DNA of 32,689 nt from Tubiluchus corallicola (Eukaryota; Animalia; Priapulida): NCBI GenBank assembly GCA_030141605.1, contig JAQGDQ010001607.1, positions 1-32,689 on the forward strand, read 5' to 3'. The position numbers and the translations under genes are program-made. Shown here piece by piece: positions 11,373 through 23,975 of the stretch. The notes under the pieces were generated by a model, which was not told the origin of the DNA, searched no databases, and saw nothing but the letters and a program-made list of their open reading frames with translations. Positions within the stretch are counted from its first letter, which is position 1. Each line of letters begins with the position of its first letter.

Positions 11373-11545
11373 TTACTTTACTCTAAGCTTAAAGCTTTAT
11401 TCTAAGTTTCTGCTCATCTTACCAGAAATACCGATTGCAAATTCTGTTTTTATGTACATTTATTTCACACATTTACATAACGTATGCAAGCACAACTTGT
11501 CATTTGAAACACCACAAGTCGTACTTGTATAATGGTTTTTTGCAG

Positions 11546-11783
11546 GTCTCACTTGCCCAGCTGATCAAGTTTATACGGAGTGTACAAGTCCCTGTACTGC
11601 CACATGTGAAAGCATAGCATTGAGTACAGCATGTACAAGAAACTGTGTAGAGGGTTGTCAATGTCCAGAAGGTCAAACGCTGGACGCAGATGGACGTTGT
11701 ATTGCCATCACGGAGTGTCCTTGCACTCATAATAATAAGGATTACCCTCCCGGGGCTGTGACTAGAATATTTGGCAGCAAATG
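11546..11783 (+). CDS. Exon 10: TIL2-E2 ([20 protein letters not shown]...[10 protein letters not shown]...[14 protein letters not shown])
   Basis: ttttgcag| acceptor and TG|gtatgt donor. TIL pattern. Confidence 0.95.
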
Positions 11784-12094
11784 GTATGTGTTTCGTTATT
11801 CGAATCAGTTTTACATTCTGTGTTGCTTTCTAACAATACAGACGAACAAAAACAATATTGTTTTCTGTTTATCTACCAAGGTGATGCATGTTAGCTATAT
11901 TTTATAGCTTATAATAGCTTATATTTTGATTAGTTTATCACTCATTCCTTAGCATATTTTGAGTTATAGAGTCAATGAGTTATTTATCCAGGTAAGAGTC
12001 ATGCTAACTAATGTATCACAAGTGATATGTCCATAAGATACATTTATTGGAATACCATTTTTGTTTGATGGTTATATCTCTTTTTATACATTCT

Positions 12095-12778
<684 letters not shown>

Positions 12779-12896
12779 ATACAATTGTAGCATAGCACAT
12801 TGTCTTTTCTATAATTTTAATTATAAGTTTTAAGTTAAAATGAAAATTTAAATTACCACGAAGATTTCTCCTACTGTTTCCTTTTTCTTATTTCAG

Positions 12897-13097
12897 TGAA
12901 TGTGTCAGCGCTCGCTGGCAATGTGGAAACAAACAAGCCGTGGGCGATCAGGGCGGGCTTGGTTTGATTGAATTATCCGAAGAAGACGAAAAATGCCCTC
13001 CTAATATGGAGTTTACTGATTGTTTGTCAGATTGTCCGCCAGCGTGTGGCAGCACTTTGCAGACTTGTCAGACAGCTTTTTGCAGACAGGGTTGTCA
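12897..13097 (+). CDS. Exon 11: E2 end, linker and TIL' start (CECVSARWQCG...EEDEKCPPNMEFTDCLSDCPPAC...CRQGC)
   Basis: tatttcag| acceptor and CA|gtaagt donor. Phase 2 to 2. Missed by the ORF track. Confidence 0.93.
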
Positions 13098-13719
13098 GTA
13101 AGTAAAATGAATTAGTTCCCGTTATGTCTGTAGTCCACGTATCTTGCTTTAGTTTTTTATTTATCAACACGCTGTTTCTTTATTCAAGCAATTCCTGTGC
13201 ATTCTGCATTCAGTTTAAATACGTGCGGGAGAAATTTGCATGACACGGAGCAAATAAATACTGACCAACGGTCAAAGTTTCTGCTATACATTCTTTGCAC
13301 ATTAAGAGAAGGCTTATTGATTCAGTAATAGATAGCTAAGTGTTTGAAAATAAAGTTAAAGGAATTGAACTACTTTGCACATTAAGAGAAGGCTTATTAG
13401 GGGACATAGATAAACTGGTTGTCGTTTGTATAGTGTACCACTGATGATGACAGTTGATTGCTGTAGAAATGTTTGGACGTGTTTTTTAAACCATTGTAAG
13501 TTAAAGTTTTTGATAAAAAGTTGTGTTGTTTTGAATAACAATTGCTTTGAAGTACCAGTATAAATTGACACAAATGTTTCCTAGATATTAAACATTATTT
13601 TAATCACAATTGAATTACAAATTATTCATTATGATATCATTAAAAGAAGTTAAACGAATCATTTCCACTGCATCTCTAACGCAAATTGAAATATAGCGTT
13701 CATAATTGCTTTGTTACAG

Positions 13720-13839
13720 ATGCAAACTGGGATACGTGTTGGACGGCGACGAATGTGTTGAACCAGCCGACTGCACCTGCAAACATGGCGGTTCCGTTTA
13801 TAGACGTGGAGAATCTTTCTTCCAAGATTGCAATACTTG
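13720..13839 (+). CDS. Exon 12: TIL' end and E' (QCKLGYVLDGDECVEPADCTCKHGGSVYRRGE...DCNT)
   Basis: tgttacag| acceptor and TG|gtatga donor. Confidence 0.93.
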
Positions 13840-14559
13840 GTATGAACTGTCTCGCTTAATTAGTGTTCATTAATTGTTTACATTCTTTGTTAATTAATTA
13901 GCTTCATTAATATTCTGTCGTTTCAGTCAATTTTTCATCTTCTTTCCTTATTAGTTTACATTTGTGTGTAAAAAATTTTTTATTGCATATAGAATTACTT
14001 CTTACTGCTAAGTTTCTTCATTTTTTATTGTTAGTGATTAGTGTTTCATGCACTTCCAGAAATCTAGTCGATTTTAATTTTTGATCACCCTGTATAAGCT
14101 GTGATGTGGCAATTGTTTGTGGCACCCCCTAGATCAAAAAACTTCTGACCCTACCCCTTTAATGTTTTGATCATTTGTTTCATGGGTGAAGCCACAAACT
14201 TTGCGCGTCTTTTGCGTCCCTGATCCCGACTTTCCTTTTTCGACATGATGGGATAAAGATAAACGAATTTTTTCTAAGAATCACCCTGAGTTTGATTTGT
14301 GGTACTGCAGCAGAGTAACTCTTTTCTATGCATTAGTTGCTCATAACACGACAGTCATTAAACATTCAGCTCCAGCATTAAAACATGCAAAGATTATGAA
14401 AGATACAGAACACTACAGGTTTTCATAATAATACAATCAGCATTTAGAGAAACGTCACTGTTCCTCTCAAAATTATCAATCTGCTAAACCACACGCCATC
14501 CTCAACACGCCGTTAAGTAACAACATTAGCACTTTTTTGCTACGCTGCATGTAGTAATT

Positions 14560-14742
14560 AAGTTAAGGTACGATTATTTCTGACTAGGCAATTTTGTTGA
14601 AGCTTGAAAACTTTTGTTAATCATTTTGTTAATGTCAGATTAGTAATTAATAATTAACAGTCATTAAACTCTACAAGAATTTTACACCCTCTCACTCCAG
14701 CACCCAGGAGCGATTGCCCCCTGTCGTGCCCACCCTGCTCCT
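14560..14742 (+). repeat. Second copy of the 4229-4355 dispersed repeat
   Basis: Shared core of about 35 bp plus a C-rich end. Confidence 0.7.
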
Positions 14743-15272
14743 ATGCGGGTGTGTGTTACTATTATTATTATATATTCTTCTATATTACACTTTTTTGATA
14801 CTTATTTTACCTCTCCATACACTCAGTTTTTAACTTTACTCACTAACCTTGGTCAAATTCCCCTGTTAATAAGACCCCATTTGAAACTACTACATATAAT
14901 AATCCTAATTACTGAATAATTGTATTGTTTTGTTTAGATTTAGGCATCTAACTTTATTATTTTTTGTTTTCAGTTCTTTTTTGATAATTTGTATCATTTA
15001 TACTGTTTTTATTATTATTTTTTTCTTATTTGTTTTTGTTATCTGCAGCATCACCATTTATTTTTAATATACGAATCTATTTATAAGAAAGGGCAGGAGA
15101 CTAGATGACCCTATGGTCCTTCCCTTCTCTGCTCCACGATTATAATTACGTAATATTTAAAAAACTTTTTATGTCAAACAAATTGGAGAAAATAAATGTT
15201 CTATGTCTATGTATTATTATTATTTATTAATGTATTCGCTAATAATTATTTATTTCTGATTATTTATTCTAG

Positions 15273-15517
15273 CACGTGTACGGACGGTCGCTGGGTTTGC
15301 ACTCTCAAGCAGTGCGACGGAACGTGTTCCGTTTACGGAGAGTCGCATTTCAAGTCGTTTGATGGCCGCCGATTTCAGTTTCAGGGCTACTGCGACTACA
15401 TTTTAGCCAGATCCGTTCCCGGAGTGCCGGATGCGGACAGGTTCCAGTTGACCACGGAAAGTGCTCCGTGTGGAACAACAGGAACGACTTGCCACCGCTC
15501 ATTAACCGTGCACATTG
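15273..15517 (+). CDS. Exon 13: E' end and VWD3 start (CTCTDGRWVCT...CSVYGESHFKSFDGRRFQFQGYCDYIL...PCGTTGTTC)
   Basis: tattctag| acceptor and G|gtgaga donor. HFxSFDG and PCGTTGxTC are D3 hallmarks. Confidence 0.96.
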
Positions 15518-16876
15518 GTGAGAATTAGAAAATTTGTTAATTAGCTTCATTAACTAAGTTATGAAACTGTAGCTGCATTCTTACGCTGTAGAAAAGATGG
15601 ACCATTGATTAGACTCAATCTCATTTTAATATACTGTCAAAAATATACATTTTCTTACCTGTAAAAGTTGGTAGTTGTTTCTGATATTTGAATAATTACA
15701 TTGGAAAGTTAATTAACGGCAACCGAACACAGCTGTCACTTATGTCACAAACTAACCATAATTTCTGCAATGGCAGGCATCTTCGCTGCACGTCAAACAT
15801 ATTTGTGCAAGTGAAGATTGCTAAGACATTGATGTGATGTCACGAAAATGAGCTCTGACATCACAGATGAATACGATAGTTCATGATCACGCTTATCACG
15901 GTACAGCACCTATTTATTGGCCACACGAATGTGCCAAAAAGGCACCATTGCCAGTCTTAGTGGATTCGCTGAGCCACGCGTAGCTTTGAATGTTTAACAA
16001 AATTTAACTATCCGAGGTAATTATTTTTTAATCTAAGCTTGATTTAGAAAAAGTTGTAGTTTTCAATATTTTAAAGCATACTTTATTTTGAACTAACGTC
16101 GACACAATCGTCCAGTTTTCCTTTAATACTTTTACTGATGTACCAAGTTACAAGGTTTTTACTTGCGATGCAGTGAAAACTTTTGGCATCGCTGTATGTG
16201 ACAAATGGGCTTCACAATTTCACATAAACGCTCGGTCAAGTTACGCCTAGGTTACGTAAAACATTTTAGGCTGAACAGACTTCCAATCATGCGAAATCTA
16301 CTATTGGTAACTAACTATGCAGTGTTACTGTCAAGTTCATTTTTATTCATCAAGGCACACCTACTGCTTCAATTAATTATCGTCGTTAAAACCGTCTGCT
16401 TTGCTATTATAAAAAAATTCATAAATAAAAAATTTATTGCTAATCAGTGTGCGGTAGTAGCCATACAGATGACCCGGTTATTCTTGAGACAAAAGTCAGC
16501 CAAATGCAATAAAATTTAAGCCAAATCCAAAATAGAAAATAGCCGAAAATAAGCCAAATTTGTGTGTCAAATTTCAATTTTGTAATGAGACAGTGACCAA
16601 TAATTGACCTTATCTTTAATCAACCAATGGCAGCCATGCTGGCAATTATGATTATTATTTTTGTTAATAGATCATTTTAAAATGCAAATGACAATTCCAT
16701 TGCCATAGTTTGTTTTTGTAAATGCATGGTCGTACATTCATGGTTTCGGTTTAAAAAACCTGCTCTGTCAATCTACGCTATCGTTTCTTACTTCAACGAC
16801 TCCCTCTTTTCGCTCTTTTCAAGTCTCTTGTTGTTGCAGTGTAACCCTAGGATATTTCACCATTGTACAGACTAGT

Positions 16877-16977
16877 TATGTAATACCTACAGCTAACGTC
16901 AGTAATAAAAAATCAGTAGCAGTCATATCGCTGGTGGTTACAATCGGTAATAAACTTAAACTGAAATGAAAAGAATG
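16877..16977 (+). repeat. 101-bp direct repeat, copy 1
   Basis: Matches 18140-18240 with 2 visible mismatches. Confidence 0.95.
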
Positions 16978-17526
16978 CTTTGCAAGAGGGCAACGGTGTC
17001 CCGTAAAGGGCGTTTTCCCTGACGTAACTCGCGATTTTTTCGAAATTTTGATCAAACAGCATGCGGGAAAAACGTTCTAGCGTCGCCTGGTGGGACTCTC
17101 GGAAGGAGATATACGGCTCTTTAGAAAGAGGAAGAACAGGGCTACACGATGATGTGGGCTATATTTTAATACACGTCCACTGAGAGGAGTACCGACGAGT
17201 TAATTAGATGTTCTATTTTCGGCAATTTTCGCTTAGAAAACTGCTGACGCAAAGCCATTGTTGTGACGTCATCCATTATACTCTGTCTATAACCTTATAG
17301 CTTTAATTCAGTAAAAGCTGCTGCTGGCTTTGCGTGATAAAAACGAGGACTAGGTAGAATGTTCGAATATTATTGATTATACGTGTATTTATACGCAAAA
17401 TTTTTTGCGGGGCCTTTGATAGAAAAAAGTTTGTTGCAGAAATGCATTCATGAGTTTTTTGTGATCTAAATGACCCGTTTATGTAACAAGATCAGCTAAT
17501 CATGTTTTGTGTTTATCATTAACCAG

Positions 17527-17702
17527 GTAACAAGAAGATACATTTACGGAAAGACAAGCCAGTACCAGTGCAACGTGATTCGGCCGTTACTGTTAAAAAT
17601 GTTGGTTTGTTTGTCTCTCTGCGCTCCAGTAACGGTTTGTCATTGGAATGGGATAGAGGAACAACGGTTTACGTTCATCTGAGTTCCCGCTGGCAGGATA
17701 AG
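17527..17702 (+). CDS. Exon 14: VWD3 (GNKKIHL...VGLFV...GLSLEWDRGTTVYVHLSSRWQDK)
   Basis: aaccag| acceptor and AAG|gtaact donor. WDxGT motif. Missed by the ORF track. Confidence 0.92.
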
Positions 17703-18139
17703 GTAACTGTGACGGCAACTCATTTCTATGTTTAGTTCCTTCTTTGGACTACACGTGTTTTTTGTTGACTACTGCTTGTGTTTCGCGTAATAAGATTAGT
17801 TCTTAAAGTTAACTGTGGAAGAAGTACCTCAAGAGCGTTACCTGACTACCTATATATATATAGTTTGCTATAGTGTATATATATATATATATATATATCA
17901 TCTTTATTCATACGTAATGATACATAATAGGGTAAGTAGTGCTATTTACATTGGTATATACATTATGTTATATATAGCAAATAGTAATTCATTTCTAGTC
18001 GCTGTTACATGTTACGAAGCCCCCCCCCCATGTCACTAATGAAAATAACACGAATCATTTAGATAAGGTTTCTATTTTAACCTGCTTTTTTTGAACCCAT
18101 TTATTGACAAATTTGTGAAAACGGCTGCAAATGGCTACG

Positions 18140-18240
18140 TATGTAATACCTACAGCTAACGTCAGTAATAAAAAATCGGTAGCAGTCATATCGCCGGTGG
18201 TTACAATCGGTAATAAACTTAAACTGAAATGAAAAGAATG
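18140..18240 (+). repeat. 101-bp direct repeat, copy 2
   Basis: Matches 16877-16977. Confidence 0.95.
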
Positions 18241-18608
18241 TTTTGTTGAAATCACAAAACGCCCCCAATGTGATTCGGTGTGCTTTAAGCAGACTTAGAA
18301 GATTGGCCTAGCACAACGTCGAACCAGTACCAATCATTACAGCAATCTTCAGAACCACTGTTTTTGCCTACTCGGCTGATTTATACTGTTAATGGCCGTT
18401 TTAATTATTGATTCAATTAAATCAGCATTAATTGGCATTTAATCTTACATTTCTTTACCATATTGTTTTACTTTGTTGTTTAGTTTAGGTCTGTTTACCT
18501 TTACTTCTGCACTGATACAAATAAAACAGTCATTATATCTTTTTATCTTGCTACTTTAATTATTACTATCTATAATTGCGTGTTGCATTCTGATTTCCAT
18601 GTAATCAG

Positions 18609-18821
18609 GTTGAGGGTTTGTGTGGAAACTTTAACGGTAACAAACACGATGATTTCAAAACACCGGAAGGCGGTCCACCGCTTGGTTTGCCTACAGAGTT
18701 TGCCGATAGCTGGATGGCGCGAGACGTGTGCGAGAAGTCGTACGAAGTCAGCGACACCTGTCAGCTTTTACCGCATCGTAAACCATGGGCAATGAAAAAG
18801 TGCGGAGTTCTTGCTAGTCAG
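18609..18821 (+). CDS. Exon 15: VWD3 end (VEGLCGNFNGNKHDDFKTPEGG...EFADSW...PHRKPWAMKKCGVL)
   Basis: taatcag| acceptor and CAG|gtgagt donor. GLCGNFNG..DDF calcium-site motif. Confidence 0.96.
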
Positions 18822-18919
18822 GTGAGTAGTACAAAAATTTGTCGCTTAATGGCACTAACGAGTTTCAACAAAACATGACGTTAAGTGAAACGCCATCATT
18901 CTGGGAATGAAAATTTTGA

Positions 18920-19520
18920 ATGATCTTAAATAGGAAGCTAATGTTCTGTTGTATAAAAAAGGCCCGCCAGCATTTGTCGTTTTTAAAACAGCTCAAATCG
19001 TTCAACATTGCCCCTGCTGTGATGGTGAGTTTTTATCGTGCAGTAATTGAAAGCATCTTAACAACATCCCTCACTGTTTGGTATGACGCTACCACTCAGA
19101 GAGGTCGTAATGCTCTTCATCAAGTTGTTAAATCCGCCTCAAAAATTATAGGAATTCAACATCAATCTATGGCATATTTGTATGAAACTAGGGTGGCAAA
19201 GAGAGCGCAAGTTATCATGAAAGATGAATTCCATCCAGGTAATAAATACTTTGAAATGCTCCCCTCTGGTCATAGATTCCGCTCAGTTAACGCTAAAATC
19301 ACAAGAACTTTAAATTCTTTCTATCCCGTTGCAATTTGCACCATCAACAGTAAATTTCAGTAAATCTCCAATATTAATTATCTATATCACTGAACAACTG
19401 ATTGAATTATTTGTGTTAATCTCCTTGTTGTTTCCATAAGTTATTGCAGTATGTAAAACCACATAAATTTCATTGTATGTATTATACTATAAATAATGGC
19501 AATAAATTGCTTACTTAGTT
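18920..19520 (+). mobile_element. 5'-truncated LINE (Rex1/Babar-like, CR1 group): ORF2 C-terminal DUF1891-like region plus 3' UTR
   Basis: KKARQHLSFLKQLKSF...FYRAVIESILTTSLTVWY...HPGNKYFEMLPSGHRFRS...NSFYPVAI matches the recalled post-RT domain of these LINEs. Stop at 19363, then an AATAAA tail near 19501. Confidence 0.9.
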
Positions 19521-19572
19521 ATGTTTTAATGCATCAAATTTGGCTAAAAGTTGCCAATGAAATAAAAAGTTG

Positions 19573-20465
19573 CCTTGAGCAAAGTAAAGAAATTGTCGTT
19601 AAAGTGAAACGTGCGTCGTTAAGTGAAGAAAGGTTTGAGCAAATTAAAAGAAAAATGTCGTTAAAGTGAAACGTGCGTCGTTAAGTGAAGAAAGGTTTGA
19701 GCAAATTAAAAGAAAAATGTCGTTAAAGTGAAACGTGCGTTGTTAAGTGAAGACAGGTTTGAGCAAATTAAAAGAAAAATGTCGTTAAAGTGAAACGTGC
19801 GTCGTTAAGTGAAGAAAGGTTTGAGCAAATTAAAAGAAAAATGTCGTTAAAGTGAAACGTGCGTTGTTAAGTGAAGGAAAGGTTTGAGCAAATTAAAAGA
19901 AAAATGTCGTTAAAGTGAAACGTGCGTTGTTAAGTGAAGGAAAGGTTTGAGCAAATTAAAAGAAAAATGTCGTTAAAGTGAAACGTGCGTCGTTAAGTGA
20001 AGAAAGGTTTGAGCAAATTAAAAGAAAAATGTCGTTAAGTGAAGACAGGTTTGAGCAAATTAAAAGAAAAATGTCGTTAAAGTGAAACATGCGTCGTTAA
20101 GTGAAGAAAGGTTTGAGCAAGTTAAAAGAAAAATGTCGTTAAAGTGAAACGTGCGTTGTTAAGTGAAGGAAAGGTTTGAGCAAATTAAAAGAAAAATGTC
20201 GTTAAAGTGAAACGTGCGTTGTTAAGTGAAGACAGGTTTGAGCAAATTAAAAGAAAAATGTCGTTCAAGTGAAACGTGCGTTGTTAAGTGAAGGAACGGT
20301 TTGAGCAAAATAAAATAAAAATGTCGTTAAAGTGAAACGTGCGTTGTTAAGTGAAGGAACTGTTTGAGCAAAATAAAATAAAAATGTCGTTAAAGTGAAA
20401 CGTGCGTTGTTAAGTGAAGGAATGTTTGAGCAAAGTAAAAGAAAAATGTCGTTAAGTGAAAAAAG
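19573..20465. repeat. 62/63-bp satellite, about 14 copies (gtcgttaaagtgaaacgtgcgtcgttaagtgaagaaaggtttgagcaaattaaaagaaaaat)
   Basis: 62-bp period seen at 19621/19683. Confidence 0.96.
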
Positions 20466-20803
20466 GTGTCAAATGGTCAGCGTCATTAAAAAGAAACGTC
20501 GTTATATGGTCGTTAAGGACTTGCTATAAACTGTTAAGATATGTTGACTGTTTGGTCGTATTCATTGTATGGTTTACTGCACTACAGCTGAATAATCCAT
20601 GCATTCATTATGTCTTACTTAGACTACATGACCTTCAACCAAATTATCTTACAAATCGTCTACAGCCAAAATAAAATACGGTACCATGGCTCATTACAGG
20701 AACTTACCTCTGAGCAAATCACACCAGTTCTTTGAGGCTTGCGTTGGTTGCCTTTTTACAAGTGCACCGAATACAAAATTTTAGTTTTTACACATATACG
20801 TGG

Positions 20804-21092
20804 ATAATAATAATAATAATAATAATAATGATAATAATAATAATCTTTATTTAAAGTCGGCTTTTAGACGAAACAATTAACATTAGCTCAAAGAGCTATT
20901 ATCGCCGACTGTAAATAACAACCTACAACTACATAACAGAGACTATTATTACCCCACTTTTACCCTAAATACCACGCGTCAGGCAGGGCAACAGCAGGTA
21001 CCATTTTTAAAGTCGTTGGTATGACCCGGCCGCTGGTTCGAACTCACGACCTCCCAGACGGAAAGCAGATGCATTACCACTAGACTAAACCG
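20804..21092 (-). mobile_element. tRNA-derived SINE with a conserved central domain and a probable LINE-type (TTA)n tail
   Basis: On the minus strand: A-box tagtctagtgg, B-box gagttcgaacc, then gggtcataccaacgactttaaaaatggtacc, ending aataaag(att)n. It is uncertain whether the tail belongs to the same element. Confidence 0.8.
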
Positions 21093-21190
21093 ATAACATG
21101 TAACATGCTTGTCTAATCTTCTATTTCTCCATGTTAGGGCAGATACTGCAACTATCATTATTGTTCTACAGCATCTTTACATATTTCTAG

Positions 21191-21371
21191 CTGTTCTCAC
21201 GTTGTCACAGCATCGTCCCGTACAAGCCGTACATGGACAGGTGTGTTTTTGACACCTGCGCATGTGATTCGGGCGGAGACTGCGAGTGCCTCTGTACTGC
21301 CGTAGCAGCGTACGCTCATGAATGTAGTCTAGCGGGAATCTCCGTCGAGTGGCGAAGTCAAGAACTTTGTC
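21191..21371 (+). CDS. Exon 16: C8-3 (LFSRCHSIVP...CVFDTCACDSGGDCECLCTAVAAYAHEC...WRSQELC)
   Basis: atttctag| acceptor and C|gtaagt donor. Highly conserved D3 motif CDxGGDCECxC. The ORF track shows only the antisense frame here. Confidence 0.97.
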
Positions 21372-21864
21372 GTAAGTTTGTTTATTAATTAACATTTACA
21401 CATCTGTTATGTATTTCTAAAATTATTTGTAACATGACGCTCATTCCGCATGTAATTTTTCATGTGCTGACATACATATCTTTGCTATACATCATATTAT
21501 ACATAAAGTGTCGCTAATCGTTCTTTAAATTGGCATTGTAAGATGCTAAGTGATGAAACTTGGCATTATGAACAAATGTGTTGACTATGAGGCTACGAAA
21601 ACTTGCTTGTATTACAGATCTGCCAAATTATTAGGAATTTAATAGAGACAATATTAAGAGTAATAATGCTTGATTGCTTAAGCAAAATTTATATTCTCAG
21701 TTCTGTTGTTTGGTCTCTTACATTTGCATTTTAGAGTAAAACCGGACCCAATGTTAAACTGTAGGTCAAAATAATCTACTCTTTAAAATATCGAAATAAA
21801 ACATGCTATTTTTTCAAGAATGACTTACGTGAAAGAATTATTACCACACAAACACAATCTCGCT

Positions 21865-22337
21865 TTCGCGCCACTAGTTCTTTGCTATTACATACATTTC
21901 ACACTTCACTAGTTAGGTTGGCACAAGCGCCTGCATTTCGGAAACATTGCACAAAAACCAGGTGCTGTACCTCTCAGTTCAGATGTGTTAGTTTGTGACG
22001 AACTACACACGTTCGACAGCTCATGCGTGAGCACAGCGCTAAATTTGAAATTTGAATTTTTATCTTAAAACATGCCTAGATTTTGATTTATTTAATTCTT
22101 TATTTCAAACATAAGTTCATATTATAATTTACATATATACAACATACAACATCATAAAAACAAAAAACCAATACAAACATTTTTTTTATTTCTACTAGAA
22201 CACCATGTTTTAGTACAACACACTGAATGTCTAGCAGTAGCACTGTACTTCAATTTTCTCTTTCGCAAACACGTGCAACACGCTCGTGGAATATTTTTGC
22301 TATTGAAAATTATGTTAGTTTGTGATGTCATTAATAG
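21865..22337 (+). repeat. Second copy of the 8038-8347 dispersed repeat, with an AT-rich insertion at about 22080-22205
   Basis: Collinear similarity on both sides of the insertion. Confidence 0.9.
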
Positions 22338-22648
22338 TTGGTCTCGCCCTTTGTTAATTAAGTTTTTAATCTATAATTTGGGGTCGTATATGAAAAATCA
22401 TCCTGTCATCCTTTAAGATTTTGTGCTGTGCTTTTGTGCCTGATACAAATGATCTAAAACTTGGTGCAAACATGATTAAAGGACAACAATACCTTCCTGA
22501 CGTTGTAAGATTAATATGTTTAATTATTTGGACAGTTAAATGTTTTTAAAATGTTAGATTAAAGTTAAGTTTTATTTTAGAAGTAAGTTAAATAAGAAAT
22601 AAACGTGTTGAATTCATGATTTTATAATTTCATGATAATATATATAAT

Positions 22649-22951
22649 ACAATACAGTACAGTACAGTACAGTACAGTACAGTACAGTACAGTACAGTAC
22701 AGTACAGTACAGTACAGTACAGTACAGTACACAGCACAGCACAGCACAGCACAGCACAGTACAGTACAGTACAGTACAGTACAGTACAGTACAGTACAGT
22801 ACAGTACAGTACAGTACAGTACAGTACAGTACAGTACAGTACAGTACAATACAGTACAATACAGTATAATATAGAATATAGTACAGTACAGTACAGTACA
22901 GTACAGCACAGCACAGCACAGCACAGCACAGCACAGCACAGCACGGTACAA
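22649..22951. repeat. (CAGTA)n/(CAGCA)n pentanucleotide microsatellite
   Basis: Seen directly. Confidence 0.99.
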
Positions 22952-22996
22952 TATAATATATAATTTTATAATTATGGATGTTCATGATCTTTTTAG

Positions 22997-23288
22997 CCAT
23001 ACAGTGTGCATGCGAGGAACCGCACGAGACGCACTACAACCCATGCATAACCGTGTGCCCCCGGAGCTGCGACGAGATGAACGAGCTATCGGTCGGTTGT
23101 GAGAACGTTTGCGTCGAGGGCTGCGATCCCGAGGCGTGTCCTGCTGGTTACGTTTGGAACAACGATACGCAGTCGAGTTGCGTGAGCGTTGAGGAGTGCA
23201 AACCGATTTGTGCCGTAATCAACGGAATCACGTACAGAGAAGACGACATTGTCAATGATCCGTCAGTCGGAGATGCTTGCCAGACTTG
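22997..23288 (+). CDS. Exon 17: TIL3-E3 (PIQCACEEPHETHYNPCITVCPRSC...CVEGCDPEACP...DACQT)
   Basis: tttttag| acceptor and TG|gtatgt donor. Confidence 0.94.
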
Positions 23289-23645
23289 GTATGTGTTTCT
23301 GATAGGAATCTGTAGGTACAGTAAATATCTTCTTTTGTGTGTTGCGTAGCAATACTGGCAGAATTTTTAAAGGCAGTTTATTTCAAATGCAATCACAATG
23401 ACTTACACGCATAACATTATATGCATGCTATTAGCAAAAATGTGAATGATGGATGAAAATATTACAAATTTAAATTCATTAAACTGCTTTGTGGTCAAGG
23501 AAATAGGTGGGAGAGCTGGTGCCGAATTAAACTTTGCCCACAATTATTAAGCCTGTTAGCTTTTACAATCAAAGAATCAAACAACACAATCATTAACAAG
23601 TCACGAAGAATTATATTATAATAACTGTACTAGCAGGTACAATCA

Positions 23646-23975
23646 CAGAATCAAGTAACATAATTATTATCAATACTAAAATACCGCTATACTAAAACAC
23701 AGTGGAACAATTAGCCTGGCTAACCCACAGGTCTAAATGTTCAAGGTAGACCTGTCTTACACAGCTTAAATACAGAAAACTAGAACACTATTAATGTAAA
23801 AGGTCATTCAGAATCGAATAACATTAATTATTATCAATACTAAAATACCACTATACAAAAACACAGCGGAACAATTAGCCTGGCTAGCCCACAGGTCTAA
23901 ATGTTCTAGGTAGACCTGTCTTACACAGCTTAAATACAGAAAACTATGAATGTAAAAGGTCATTCAGAATCAAAT
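23646..23975. repeat. Tandem duplication of about 160 bp, 2 copies
   Basis: taattattatcaatactaaaatacc...ggaacaattagcctggcta...tagacctgtcttacacagcttaaatacagaaaacta...aatgtaaaaggtcattcagaatc occurs twice. Confidence 0.92.

Noticed and set aside
17000-17295. GC-richer intronic segment ending gtgacgtcatccattatactctgtctata (possible TE end or CRE-like site)
   Set aside because: No partner terminus, second copy or phase-compatible exon is visible in the window, and a single TGACGTCA is not enough to call a regulatory site.
21020-21092. Possible tRNA gene on the minus strand
   Set aside because: A and B boxes are present, but there is no convincing acceptor stem and it continues into a SINE body.
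22614-23000. CTVLY/CCAVL repeat ORFs
   Set aside because: Translations of the pentanucleotide microsatellite.
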